Virus record (IMG/VR): IMGVR_UViG_3300011113_000675
Coordinates: 78,444-142,443 of that record
Strand: one strand, 5' to 3'
Length of the DNA stretch: 64,000 nucleotides
Source: a virus
Below, in pieces: positions 1 to 7,366 of this stretch (its first letter is position 1; the number at the start of each line of letters is the position of its first letter). The translations under genes were made by a program, and so were the position numbers. The notes beneath the pieces were generated by a model, which did no database searches, had not been told where the DNA came from, and saw only the letters and a list, made by a program, of their open reading frames with translations.

Positions 1-267
1 CTCTCCAGAATGAATCAAACCGAGTGTCTTACATACAGTTCTATCCGTATCAATGGATAGAAATGCTTTGTCAACCATTTTTAGGTTTTCGATAATGAAC
101 ATTCTTTCATCTTCGTCTTGGAACTCTTTACTACCTTTCAACTCTCTCTGTTTGTCGTTATTTACAATTACATAGAGTTTATCCCCATGTTCTTTGGCTT
201 TATTGAAATATTCAATATGACCTTTATGAACAGGATTAAAATATCCGCTTACAATTACAATTTTCAT
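1..267 (-). CDS. Cytidylyltransferase-family nucleotidyltransferase (partial, runs off window start)
   Basis: Not in ORF track; reads MKIVIVSGYFNPVHKGHIEYFNKAKEHGDKLYVIVNND..., with G.F.P.HxGH motif. Confidence 0.85.
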   Translation of the reverse strand, partial: MKIVIVSGYFNPVHKGHIEYFNKAKEHGDKLYVIVNNDKQRELKGSKEFQDEDERMFIIENLKMVDKAFLSIDTDRTVCKTLGLIHSGE

Positions 268-452
268 TTCGTTTCGTAGGTTAAAGTTTCTAATTCTAGT
301 TCACTTTCATAGAAATATGGACATGCCCAAACAGGTTTATCACATTTGAGTTTAACCATTCTTCCTTTGTTGTATCCAAGAGAAATGACTATTGCCCATC
401 CTGAATACTTTGTTTTAACTCTGTCTCCAACTTTTAATTCGCTAAATGTCAT
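264..452 (-). CDS. Hypothetical protein
   Basis: 62-aa ORF overlapping neighbours in a tight operon. Confidence 0.6.
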   Translation of the reverse strand: MTFSELKVGDRVKTKYSGWAIVISLGYNKGRMVKLKCDKPVWACPYFYESELELETLTYETK

Positions 453-750
453 CTTCTACAGTATCGAGTTCAAAGTTACTAAATTTTAATCCCCACATCA
501 AAGAAATCATTGACATTTGTTGTTCAGCCATTTTAGCATACATACGAAGTTCTTTCATAAGGTATTTTTTACCCCATTTTTTCCATTCTTCGTTTTGTTC
601 CATAGTCATAGTCCAATCAGTATACCAACTATCCTTACGGTCCTTGACATCGTCAAATGTTACGGGATGACCTGCGATCTCGAACATCTTGTTTATCATA
701 TCGACAACCATTTTTTGTTTTTTCTGTTCTTTAGATAATCTCGGTTTCAT
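442..750 (-). CDS. Hypothetical protein
   Basis: 102-aa ORF just downstream of tRNA-Cys. Confidence 0.7.
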   Translation of the reverse strand: MKPRLSKEQKKQKMVVDMINKMFEIAGHPVTFDDVKDRKDSWYTDWTMTMEQNEEWKKWGKKYLMKELRMYAKMAEQQMSMISLMWGLKFSNFELDTVEDDI

Positions 751-766
751 AATTTTTATTGTTTAG

Positions 767-840
767 AGGTCAAGAAGGGATTCGAACCCTTGGATACTTG
801 TTTTGCAGACAAGCCCCTTAAGCCACTTGGGTACTTGACC
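767..840 (-). tRNA. tRNA-Cys(GCA)
   Basis: Cloverleaf GGTCAAG/CTTGACC, anticodon arm CTTGT-CTGCAAA-ACAAG, T-loop TTCGAAT. Confidence 0.95.
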
Positions 841-846
841 GTTTTG

Positions 847-918
847 TGTGACCGAAGAGAATCGAACTCTTACATGAAGTGCCACAAACTTCCGCCCTAC
901 CATTAGGCCACAGCCACC
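847..918 (-). tRNA. tRNA-His(GTG)
   Basis: G-1 then GTGGCTG/CGGTCAC acceptor, anticodon arm GAAGT-TTGTGGC-ACTTC, T-loop TTCGATT. Confidence 0.9.
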
Positions 919-933
919 ATATAATCTTAATGT

Positions 934-1001
934 AAGTCAGGACGGGTTTCTAACCCGCTCTTCAGTTAATCACTGCGTGCTGCCATTTACACCACCTGAC
1001 T
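934..1001 (-). ncRNA. tRNA-like RNA (mimic 1), shortened anticodon arm
   Basis: Acceptor AGTCAGG/CCTGACT, D arm, T arm GCGGG-TTAGAAA-CCCGT; anticodon arm only CAGT-GATTA-ACTG. Confidence 0.65.
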
Positions 1002-1067
1002 AATTTTTAGATTTCTAAAACTCATCCCTAACGGGGTAAAGAAACTCCATCTTATTTGTTTTTTGCG

Positions 1068-1158
1068 TAGTCAGGACAGGATTCGAACCTGTAACTTTTG
1101 TCTTTTGGTTCCGAAAATCGGATTACTCACCAACACGTTACCCTTGCGTCACCTGACT
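1068..1158 (-). ncRNA. tRNA-like RNA (mimic 2), anticodon loop replaced by a bulged hairpin
   Basis: Same AGTCAGG/CCTGACT acceptor, perfect T arm ACAGG-TTCGAAT-CCTGT; central arm TTGGT-GAGTAA-TCCGA-TTT-TCGGA-ACCAA. Confidence 0.7.
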
Positions 1159-1168
1159 ATAAAGTGAA

Positions 1169-1245
1169 TGGTACTCCGTACGGGACTCGAACCCGTAAGC
1201 TCTCCCGTGAAAGGGGAGTGTCCTAACCAATTAGACGAACGGAGC
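1169..1245 (-). tRNA. tRNA-Glu(TTC), CCA encoded
   Basis: GCTCCGT/ACGGAGT acceptor, anticodon arm CTCCC-CTTTCAC-GGGAG. Confidence 0.95.
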
Positions 1246-1257
1246 TTGTTTGTCTTA

Positions 1258-1287
1258 CAAAGATACTACAATATTTCAAAGAACAAA
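1258..1287 (-). promoter_or_regulatory. Bacteroidota-type promoter and/or boxA-like element upstream of tRNA-Glu
   Basis: TTTG-N18-TATCTTTG; overlaps GTTCTTTGAAATATTG. Confidence 0.55.
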
Positions 1288-1296
1288 AGAAGTCAT

Positions 1297-1330
1297 AAAA
1301 AAACCCCGAACTTTTTTTAAGAGTTCGGGG
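1297..1330 (-). terminator. Intrinsic terminator (attenuator segments 3:4)
   Basis: CCCCGAACT...AGTTCGGGG stem followed by T7. Confidence 0.85.
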
Positions 1331-1370
1331 TTTGAAAAATTAGTTTTTACAAGTAAAAAAAATTTCTATC

Positions 1371-1460
1371 TTATGACATCCGAACTACAGGGCAAATAGG
1401 TTCATAACAACAATTTTCTTGTTGATTATTACTGATAATATTATGACTTGTAGTTCTCAT
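1371..1460 (-). CDS. Putative attenuator leader peptide MRTTSHNIISNNQQENCCYEPICPVVRMS
   Basis: 29-aa ORF right after a consensus promoter; carries segments 1 (GAACTACA) and 2 (TGTAGTTCGG) that pair alternatively with each other or with the terminator arm. Confidence 0.65.
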   Translation of the reverse strand: MRTTSHNIISNNQQENCCYEPICPVVRMS

Positions 1461-1476
1461 TGTTCTATAATTACTT

Positions 1477-1507
1477 CAAATGTATGAAATGTTTTAATTT
1501 TGTCAAA
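1477..1507 (-). promoter_or_regulatory. Bacteroidota sigmaA-type promoter for the leader peptide
   Basis: TTTG-N19-TACATTTG. Confidence 0.75.
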
Positions 1508-1554
1508 TGTTTTTTATGGATAGAACTTTTAATTCTATGCATATATTTATTATT

Positions 1555-1926
1555 ATGGAAAAAAAAGTTTGTTCAACCTGCAATGAAGAAAAACCATTGA
1601 CTGATTTTTATTTGCGCAATTCAAGAAATAATAAACCTTATGATAGATGTAAAAAATGTTTTAACCGTTATTGTGGTGACCGATGGATCACTAAAAAGAT
1701 TAACGCAATAATTTACAAAGGTTCTAAATGCCTTGATTGCTTTTTATCCTATCCTAATGAACCATATGTAATTTTTGATTTTCATCATCGTGAGCCAAAC
1801 GAAAAAGATTTCGATTGGGGTAAATTAAGATTGAAATCTGATAATACCATAAAGTCCGAATTAGATAAATGTGATTTACTATGTTCAAATTGTCATAGAA
1901 AACGACATCATTTATCTGATTTGTAG
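1555..1926 (+). CDS. HNH homing endonuclease
   Basis: CxxC zinc motifs, FDFHH...KCDLLCSNCHRKRH; start placed after TATTTAT motif; antisense within tRNA cluster. Confidence 0.85.
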   Translation: MEKKVCSTCNEEKPLTDFYLRNSRNNKPYDRCKKCFNRYCGDRWITKKINAIIYKGSKCLDCFLSYPNEPYVIFDFHHREPNEKDFDWGKLRLKSDNTIKSELDKCDLLCSNCHRKRHHLSDL

Positions 1927-1995
1927 CCCCACCAAGATTCGAACTTGGAAATCTTCTTTAGAAGAGAAGCGGTATATCCCTTTACCTATGGAGCC
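1924..1995 (-). tRNA. tRNA-Arg(TCT)
   Basis: GGCTCCA/TGGGGCT acceptor, anticodon arm CTTCT-CTTCTAA-AGAAG. Confidence 0.93.
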
Positions 1996-2011
1996 TTAAC
2001 CGATTATTGAA

Positions 2012-2176
2012 TTACTTCAATAAATCAATCTTTTTTGCGACTTCTTCGGCTTCCGCCATAAGTTTGTCCGATTGGGTTCTGTTGGAATGAGAAGCCTTAT
2101 AAGCTTCTTCCATCAACTTCTTATAAGTTTCTTGTAACCTTTCCTTTTCAGTTTTTTTCTTGAATATCCCGAACAT
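2012..2176 (-). CDS. Lacal_2735-family-like small protein (Flavobacteria type)
   Basis: Not in ORF track; MFGIFKKKTEKERLQETYKKLMEEAYKASHSNRTQSDKLMAEAEEVAKKIDLLK resembles this family as recalled. Confidence 0.7.
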   Translation of the reverse strand: MFGIFKKKTEKERLQETYKKLMEEAYKASHSNRTQSDKLMAEAEEVAKKIDLLK

Positions 2177-2187
2177 AATTTAGAATT

Positions 2188-2501
2188 AACACTATCGTCT
2201 TTGAAAGTTTATTTAACGTTTATGCCTGACGGCTAGATAATTTTCTTTCAAGTTTATCAAGACGTGAATCCATTGTTCGATAAATGTCATCGACAATTCT
2301 ATCACGATCTCTCAGTTGATTTTCAATTTCTCTTGCAAGAAATTGGTGAATCTGTTGTATTTCTTCTTTTTGTTTATTCACCCTAACAAAAGCCATAACC
2401 GCAACCACCGCAACTGCAATGACCACAATTATAGACATTCCTAAAATAAATGATATTAAATCCATATGATTTTCTCCTTTATTTCAAAGAACGATAGTGT
2501 T
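2188..2501. repeat. 19/20-nt inverted repeat bracketing ORF 2220-2465
   Basis: AACACTATCG-TCTTTGAAA (2188-2206) vs TTTCAAAGAACGATAGTGTT (2482-2501). Confidence 0.8.
2220..2465 (-). CDS. Membrane-anchored coiled-coil hypothetical protein
   Basis: N-terminal TM helix then charged heptads. Confidence 0.7.
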   Translation of the reverse strand: MDLISFILGMSIIVVIAVAVVAVMAFVRVNKQKEEIQQIHQFLAREIENQLRDRDRIVDDIYRTMDSRLDKLERKLSSRQA

Positions 2502-2503
2502 TG

Positions 2504-2587
2504 TATCAGGAGAGGGAATCGAACCCTCACTCGCGTTGGCGAACAACATTTTAAGTGTTGCGTGTCTACCTATTCCACCACCCCGAC
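2504..2587 (-). tRNA. tRNA-Leu(TAA)
   Basis: Long variable arm, anticodon arm CAACA-CTTAAAA-TGTTG; TACATTTG promoter box upstream. Confidence 0.95.
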
Positions 2588-2612
2588 ATTGTTTTACAAA
2601 TGTAATCGATTT

Positions 2613-3263
2613 TCAGATACTTTCAACCCGATGTTTCATGATTTCACAATACTTCTCGTCGACATCATAACTAACAGAATTAAACCCCAACTCTTTGGCA
2701 ACTTTACTGGTGGTTCCACTTCCACCAAAAACGTCAATGATTGTTTGGTTTGGTTCTGCAGTTGTTAAAATAATTCTTCTGATGACTTCCTCAGGTATCT
2801 GACAAGGGTGTTCGGTCTTTTCCTTACTCACATTCTTTACCTGATTGATTTCCCACCAATCATAAAGTTTTGCTCCCGTCTTTCCTTCGGCAATTCGTTG
2901 TTGAATCCTTTTATCTTTGAGATTTTTGTATGGTTGTCTAACCTTTCTAAAATCAGGCTTACATCCCCACCATGAAATTAAACGACTTTGTTTCCCTGTG
3001 TTTGAATTATACACCCAACAAACAACCTGTTCACACTTGGCCTTTATTGCTTTTGGTAACAAGTTGATTGTTTCTTCGGGGTAATGAATGATTACACAAG
3101 GGGTTGGGATTTTGGATAATAGTTCAATATAATCCTCTTCACTTAATTTGTCTTTGTATTCGTTGTACGAATATTCTTGATTATAAGGTGGGTCTGTAAT
3201 TGTTAATCCTTTTGGTATGACGCAGTTTCTGAAGTCGTCATTGATAATTGTTGTTTCCACCAT
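2613..3263 (-). CDS. DNA N6-adenine/N4-cytosine methyltransferase (beta class)
   Basis: ITDPPY catalytic motif, HPCQIP, DVFGGSGTT SAM-binding motif. Confidence 0.9.
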   Translation of the reverse strand: MVETTIINDDFRNCVIPKGLTITDPPYNQEYSYNEYKDKLSEEDYIELLSKIPTPCVIIHYPEETINLLPKAIKAKCEQVVCWVYNSNTGKQSRLISWWGCKPDFRKVRQPYKNLKDKRIQQRIAEGKTGAKLYDWWEINQVKNVSKEKTEHPCQIPEEVIRRIILTTAEPNQTIIDVFGGSGTTSKVAKELGFNSVSYDVDEKYCEIMKHRVESI

Positions 3264-3280
3264 AAAATTAATTAATCACC

Positions 3281-3979
3281 TTAAAATTCTTCTTCCCAAA
3301 TTGTATTGGACTTGTCTATAATAGTGTTGTATGTGTGTTTTAATATAACAGTTTTTTCCTTAAAATCAAACTCAAATTCTCCTTGAGATCCTTCATTAAT
3401 TTCCCAACCTCCGAAGTTTTCTTCTAATTCTTTATAACACCAATTTTCTATTTCGGTTGGTACAGGTTCACCATTATCGAAATCCGACTCGATATATCCA
3501 CTATCTCCCCCTCCGTTATACTTCAAGGTCATGTAACCATCTTCAGGAATTTCCATATCTTCAAAGACCCCTTTTTCTTCCCACTCTTCAATCATATCAT
3601 CGTATTCAACTCCACTCGTGTCTCCTTCATCATTATAACTATAGATGTGAGTTAAAGATATTTCTTTTTTTACAGAATCAATTGTAATTTCGAATCGTTG
3701 ATAATCCATGTAAGCACTATCAGGCAATTCTGTTTCTAAATCTTCATCTTCAAAATAAAAGATAATTCTTTTCAGTATTGGTACAAGTCCGTCTGGAATT
3801 TCTGCAACATAATTATTGTCAAAGTGGGTTGGAAAGTCCTCATCACTGTATGAAATTTGTTCATGATCTGGTTCCATTTCGAATTGAATATCTCCATATT
3901 TCATTCCCAATGAAGCAAGATATCTCGCTACTCTCCCTAAATATTTTTTTTCTTCTGGTAATAGTATATTTTCTGCCAT
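3281..3979 (-). CDS. DUF6878-like acidic protein
   Basis: YNGGGDSGYIE...GGWEINEGSQGEF motif; start placed after TATTTAT. Confidence 0.6.
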   Translation of the reverse strand: MAENILLPEEKKYLGRVARYLASLGMKYGDIQFEMEPDHEQISYSDEDFPTHFDNNYVAEIPDGLVPILKRIIFYFEDEDLETELPDSAYMDYQRFEITIDSVKKEISLTHIYSYNDEGDTSGVEYDDMIEEWEEKGVFEDMEIPEDGYMTLKYNGGGDSGYIESDFDNGEPVPTEIENWCYKELEENFGGWEINEGSQGEFEFDFKEKTVILKHTYNTIIDKSNTIWEEEF

Positions 3980-3990
3980 ACAAATAAATA

Positions 3991-4344
3991 TCAGTCTTCG
4001 AATTCTAATTTGACTGTCTTCAACATCCACTGTGGTCTTTGACTGGACGCCACATTATTAACCCACTCTTTTGCTGACGGAATGTAATTGTTACAATCCT
4101 CTTTTACATGTTGTTCTCCAACATAACGGGTGTACACCGTTTTACCATCGGAGTTTTTGAATTCGGTCCCGAACCTTTTTTCCATTTCAAAAATTCCTTC
4201 ACTATGGTGTCTGAACATTCTATGTAAGGAATCACCAAACCAAGATTTGGTCTCATCCAACCATTCGTGGAGGTGAATATAGTCTTCGGGTTTTCCACCA
4301 AATTTTTTGGCAGATGATTTAGCATGTAAGTTTGGATGTGCCAC
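3991..4344 (-). CDS. DUF6915-like His-rich protein
   Basis: MAHPxxHAxSSAKKFGG.PEDY..LHEWLDETK...HRMFRHHSEGIF...GEQHVKED pattern. Confidence 0.7.
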   Translation of the reverse strand: MAHPNLHAKSSAKKFGGKPEDYIHLHEWLDETKSWFGDSLHRMFRHHSEGIFEMEKRFGTEFKNSDGKTVYTRYVGEQHVKEDCNNYIPSAKEWVNNVASSQRPQWMLKTVKLEFED

Positions 4345-4353
4345 AATAAAACT

Positions 4354-5070
4354 TCAATTTATTTTTTTTATGTAAATTTTAATATTGTTTCCTGCAAAAT
4401 AATGGTTTCCAATCAATTCAAAATTAGTTCTGTTAGCTAAAACTTCATTATAAATGTTTGCTCCTTTTCCGAAAATAGGATATTCTATTTTTTTCCAAAT
4501 TTCATTATTTGGAAAAACCCACTGTAAATTCGTATCTTTCATCCAATTATCATCGATTAAGATAATTCCACCTTTTGGCATAAGATTTTGTATGGATTCA
4601 AATTCTTTCCAATGATGAAGTGTTGAAGGAAAAGGATTGAACAAGTCCAAGTCAAAACTATCCAAATGAACTATGTTGGGAACAAATGGGGGTCTTTTGA
4701 GAAATTCGACGGAATCCATACAATAAGTTTTGTAATTAATCCCATGAAAATTTTCCGAAAAAATTTCCTCACTTTGTTCACATGATACACAATCAGTATC
4801 AACCGAAGCCATCCGACCTCCGTAATTATGGACTAAACTTCCTAAAAAAAATCCGAACAAACCGTAACCTACTTTTCCACTTGTACCAGTTTCAATTAGA
4901 TTTATTTCGTCAAAATCGAAATGTTGTGAAATTAAATCTTTAAAAATTTGAATCTGATTAACTCTGTTTTGAACCAAGAAGGAATTTTCTGAGTCAGAAA
5001 CATGCTTACTCATGAAATTTTTGTACTCCATTTCAGCATGATTCAGTGAAAAAATTAATTTATCTGACAT
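4354..5070 (-). CDS. Class I SAM-dependent methyltransferase
   Basis: [29 protein letters not shown] motifs. Confidence 0.75.
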   Translation of the reverse strand: MSDKLIFSLNHAEMEYKNFMSKHVSDSENSFLVQNRVNQIQIFKDLISQHFDFDEINLIETGTSGKVGYGLFGFFLGSLVHNYGGRMASVDTDCVSCEQSEEIFSENFHGINYKTYCMDSVEFLKRPPFVPNIVHLDSFDLDLFNPFPSTLHHWKEFESIQNLMPKGGIILIDDNWMKDTNLQWVFPNNEIWKKIEYPIFGKGANIYNEVLANRTNFELIGNHYFAGNNIKIYIKKIN

Positions 5071-5089
5071 ATTAGTTTTTACAATTATG

Positions 5090-5174
5090 CAGAGGAGGAC
5101 GGATTCGAACCCCCGTTACCTTTCAGTAAAATAGTTTTCAAGACTACCGCCATAAACCACTCGGCCACTCCTCT
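5090..5174 (-). tRNA. tRNA-Ser(TGA)
   Basis: AGAGGAG/CTCCTCT acceptor, G73, long variable arm, GTAGT-CTTGAAA-ACTAT. Confidence 0.92.
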
Positions 5175-5667
5175 ATTTTATTACTTTGTACCCAAAATTA
5201 TGTAAAACATCTTTACATAATTCTATAAATTCTTCAACACTTAAATTACCTTTAGCAAAATTTGCTTCGGGTGTTGCAACACCCAAGTTTTCAAAAGTAG
5301 ATTCACCACCCTTGGATACAGGAACAATATGGTCAAATTGATATTTAGTCACATCCGACGTATCAATTTCCCTACCCGATAAATAACATTTCGTTACTGA
5401 GTCCAAATACTCTTGGATTTTGACTCTATCGAAATATTTCGAATTATACGTTATGTTTTCACCTTTATATCTATCGATAAAGTGCTCCTGTTTTTTTAAC
5501 CAAGGATGTAGATTTCTTTGTTTTACCACTCTCTGATACGCTTTTTCTTTTTGTCCTAATCCACAATGGTATGATATTGTAGAACGAGAACATCCAAGTT
5601 CTTTTTCTATTTGTTTGTAACTTTTTCCCTCTTCCCTAAGATTTAGTATCTGTTTTTTTAATTCCAT
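5173..5667 (-). CDS. HNH endonuclease with N-terminal HTH
   Basis: [24 protein letters not shown]; [11 protein letters not shown]...NL...ANFAKG. Confidence 0.85.
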   Translation of the reverse strand: MELKKQILNLREEGKSYKQIEKELGCSRSTISYHCGLGQKEKAYQRVVKQRNLHPWLKKQEHFIDRYKGENITYNSKYFDRVKIQEYLDSVTKCYLSGREIDTSDVTKYQFDHIVPVSKGGESTFENLGVATPEANFAKGNLSVEEFIELCKDVLHNFGYKVIK

Positions 5668-5793
5668 ACATATAAATATAAGGTTCGAAACAAAAAGATA
5701 CGAACTTAAACACAAATAATAGGAATGAGTATTTGCAACTGCCCATTCCCTTCAAAAGACCTACCCTGGTACGTTCTAGCGTGGTAAGTAATT

Positions 5794-5868
5794 TGGAGCT
5801 CCCACTCGGAATCGAACCAAGTTATCATGATTACAAGTCATGCGCATCGCCAGCAATGCTTTAGGAGC
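5794..5868 (-). tRNA. tRNA-Thr(TGT), CCA encoded
   Basis: GCTCCTA/TGGGAGC acceptor, CATGA-CTTGTAA-TCATG. Confidence 0.95.
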
Positions 5869-5876
5869 TTTTTCTA

Positions 5877-6605
5877 TTATTGGTTTCTTAATCCTCTGAT
5901 GTAAACATCATTTCTCGAATTTAGATTCAACACCATACCACGATCAGTTGTTGTGTATATCCTGTATTGTCCAGCGGGAATACGATTACCAGTATAATTA
6001 ATCACTACTTCTGACAAAACATTATCAGTTTTAATATCTTTTGGAGATCCAGTCCCTTCAACAATACGTATCCAAGTTTGTCTTTTTGTATCGTTGTTCA
6101 TAGCATTAATTGGTATTAGAACTACGATATAAGAAAAACTATCATTAACAGTATTTTTTGCAATTTTTACTGTTTTGAAATTAAATGCTTGGACAGGATT
6201 ACCAAATGTGTCAATTCCTCCACTTGTTTGGGGAACATCAACTTGCATAATTTGTGGTAATCTACCATCAATCCAGTGAGGCATATTAATATAATTTGAA
6301 AAATTTGGAAAATTGGATTTCATGTTCTCTCCAAGACCAACCCCATGAAACCCAACGAAGGGTAATCTTCCGGTGAATGGTACAGTCATCAAATAGTTCC
6401 TAATCATCGTATGTTTCGATCTTGGTTCAACGAAAATATACGCTCTCAACGATGTTTGTGTACCACCAACACTCGATGTTGACATAGTTGCATGTTCCAT
6501 GTTAACAACTGGATTGATTTCACTACCAAGAATATCTTCTTTCGAACAAGATGTTAGAAATACTAAAAATGTGAGGAGAGACAGTAATAAGTGTTTAATT
6601 TTCAT
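5877..6605 (-). CDS. Lipoprotein of unknown function
   Basis: Signal peptide with lipobox LTSC. Confidence 0.7.
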   Translation of the reverse strand: MKIKHLLLSLLTFLVFLTSCSKEDILGSEINPVVNMEHATMSTSSVGGTQTSLRAYIFVEPRSKHTMIRNYLMTVPFTGRLPFVGFHGVGLGENMKSNFPNFSNYINMPHWIDGRLPQIMQVDVPQTSGGIDTFGNPVQAFNFKTVKIAKNTVNDSFSYIVVLIPINAMNNDTKRQTWIRIVEGTGSPKDIKTDNVLSEVVINYTGNRIPAGQYRIYTTTDRGMVLNLNSRNDVYIRGLRNQ

Positions 6606-6644
6606 GATTGTTTTGTTTTATTGTGTTTTTATCGAGTTTCAAAG

Positions 6645-6718
6645 TGGGCCTGGTAGGAATCGAACCTACTACCTTCACATTATGAGTGTGCCGCTCTAAC
6701 CTAGTGAGCTACAGGCCC
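6645..6718 (-). tRNA. tRNA with CAT anticodon, probably Ile2
   Basis: GGGCCTG/CAGGCCC-A acceptor typical of Ile2; GCACA-CTCATAA-TGTGA; TACCTTTG box upstream. Confidence 0.85.
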
Positions 6719-6841
6719 GATTAATGTAAATACTAATTACGTTTGTTCTTTAATCAACATGACAAAGGTAATAAAATTTTTAATTTACAACAACTTTCGT
6801 TTCTAAAAAAAATAAATTACTTTTGTCGAAATATTTGATAA

Positions 6842-7327
6842 ATGAGTACAGTATTAGTTTTGAACTCTGATTACACTCCTTTGAATGTAACAAGTGTACA
6901 GAGAGGATTTGTTTTGGTCACCAAAGGAAAGGCGGAAGTGTTAAGGTCGGATGAGAATCCAATTGTAACAGGTTACAAGACGTTTATACGACCCGTTATC
7001 ATACGCCTATTGAAATATATCAGACATAGAACAAGGCTCAATAAACCGAATCGTAGTCGTATCTATAAAAGGGACGGATATGAGTGTGTTTATTGTGGGT
7101 CAAAAAAGAATCTAACATTAGACCACGTAATACCCAAATCAAGAGGAGGTTCCAATGAATGGACAAACTTAGTTACTTGTTGCTCAAAGTGTAATAGAGA
7201 TAAGGACAACAAAACTCCTGAGGAAGCTAAAATGCTAATGAAAAAACCAGCATACGAACCACCAATAATGTATGATAATGTGGTATTATTAAATGTCTGG
7301 ACAGATTTTCAGAAATCTTTTGTATAA
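6842..7327 (+). CDS. HNH endonuclease (McrA-like, VLVLN-type)
   Basis: RDGYECVYCG...LTLDHVIPKSRGG...NLVTCCSKCNRDK; TACTTTTG box upstream. Confidence 0.9.
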   Translation: MSTVLVLNSDYTPLNVTSVQRGFVLVTKGKAEVLRSDENPIVTGYKTFIRPVIIRLLKYIRHRTRLNKPNRSRIYKRDGYECVYCGSKKNLTLDHVIPKSRGGSNEWTNLVTCCSKCNRDKDNKTPEEAKMLMKKPAYEPPIMYDNVVLLNVWTDFQKSFV

Positions 7328-7366
7328 AATAAAAATTGTATTAACTTTGTGGAAAATAAATTAGAT

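Noticed and set aside
934-1001. Ochre suppressor tRNA (TTA in the loop of mimic 1)
   Set aside because: No 7-nt loop with U33 placing TTA at 34-36; TAA is used as a normal stop throughout.
5720-5790. Structured RNA between tRNA-Thr and the HNH gene
   Set aside because: Two short hairpins only; not enough to call beyond spacer or terminator structure.
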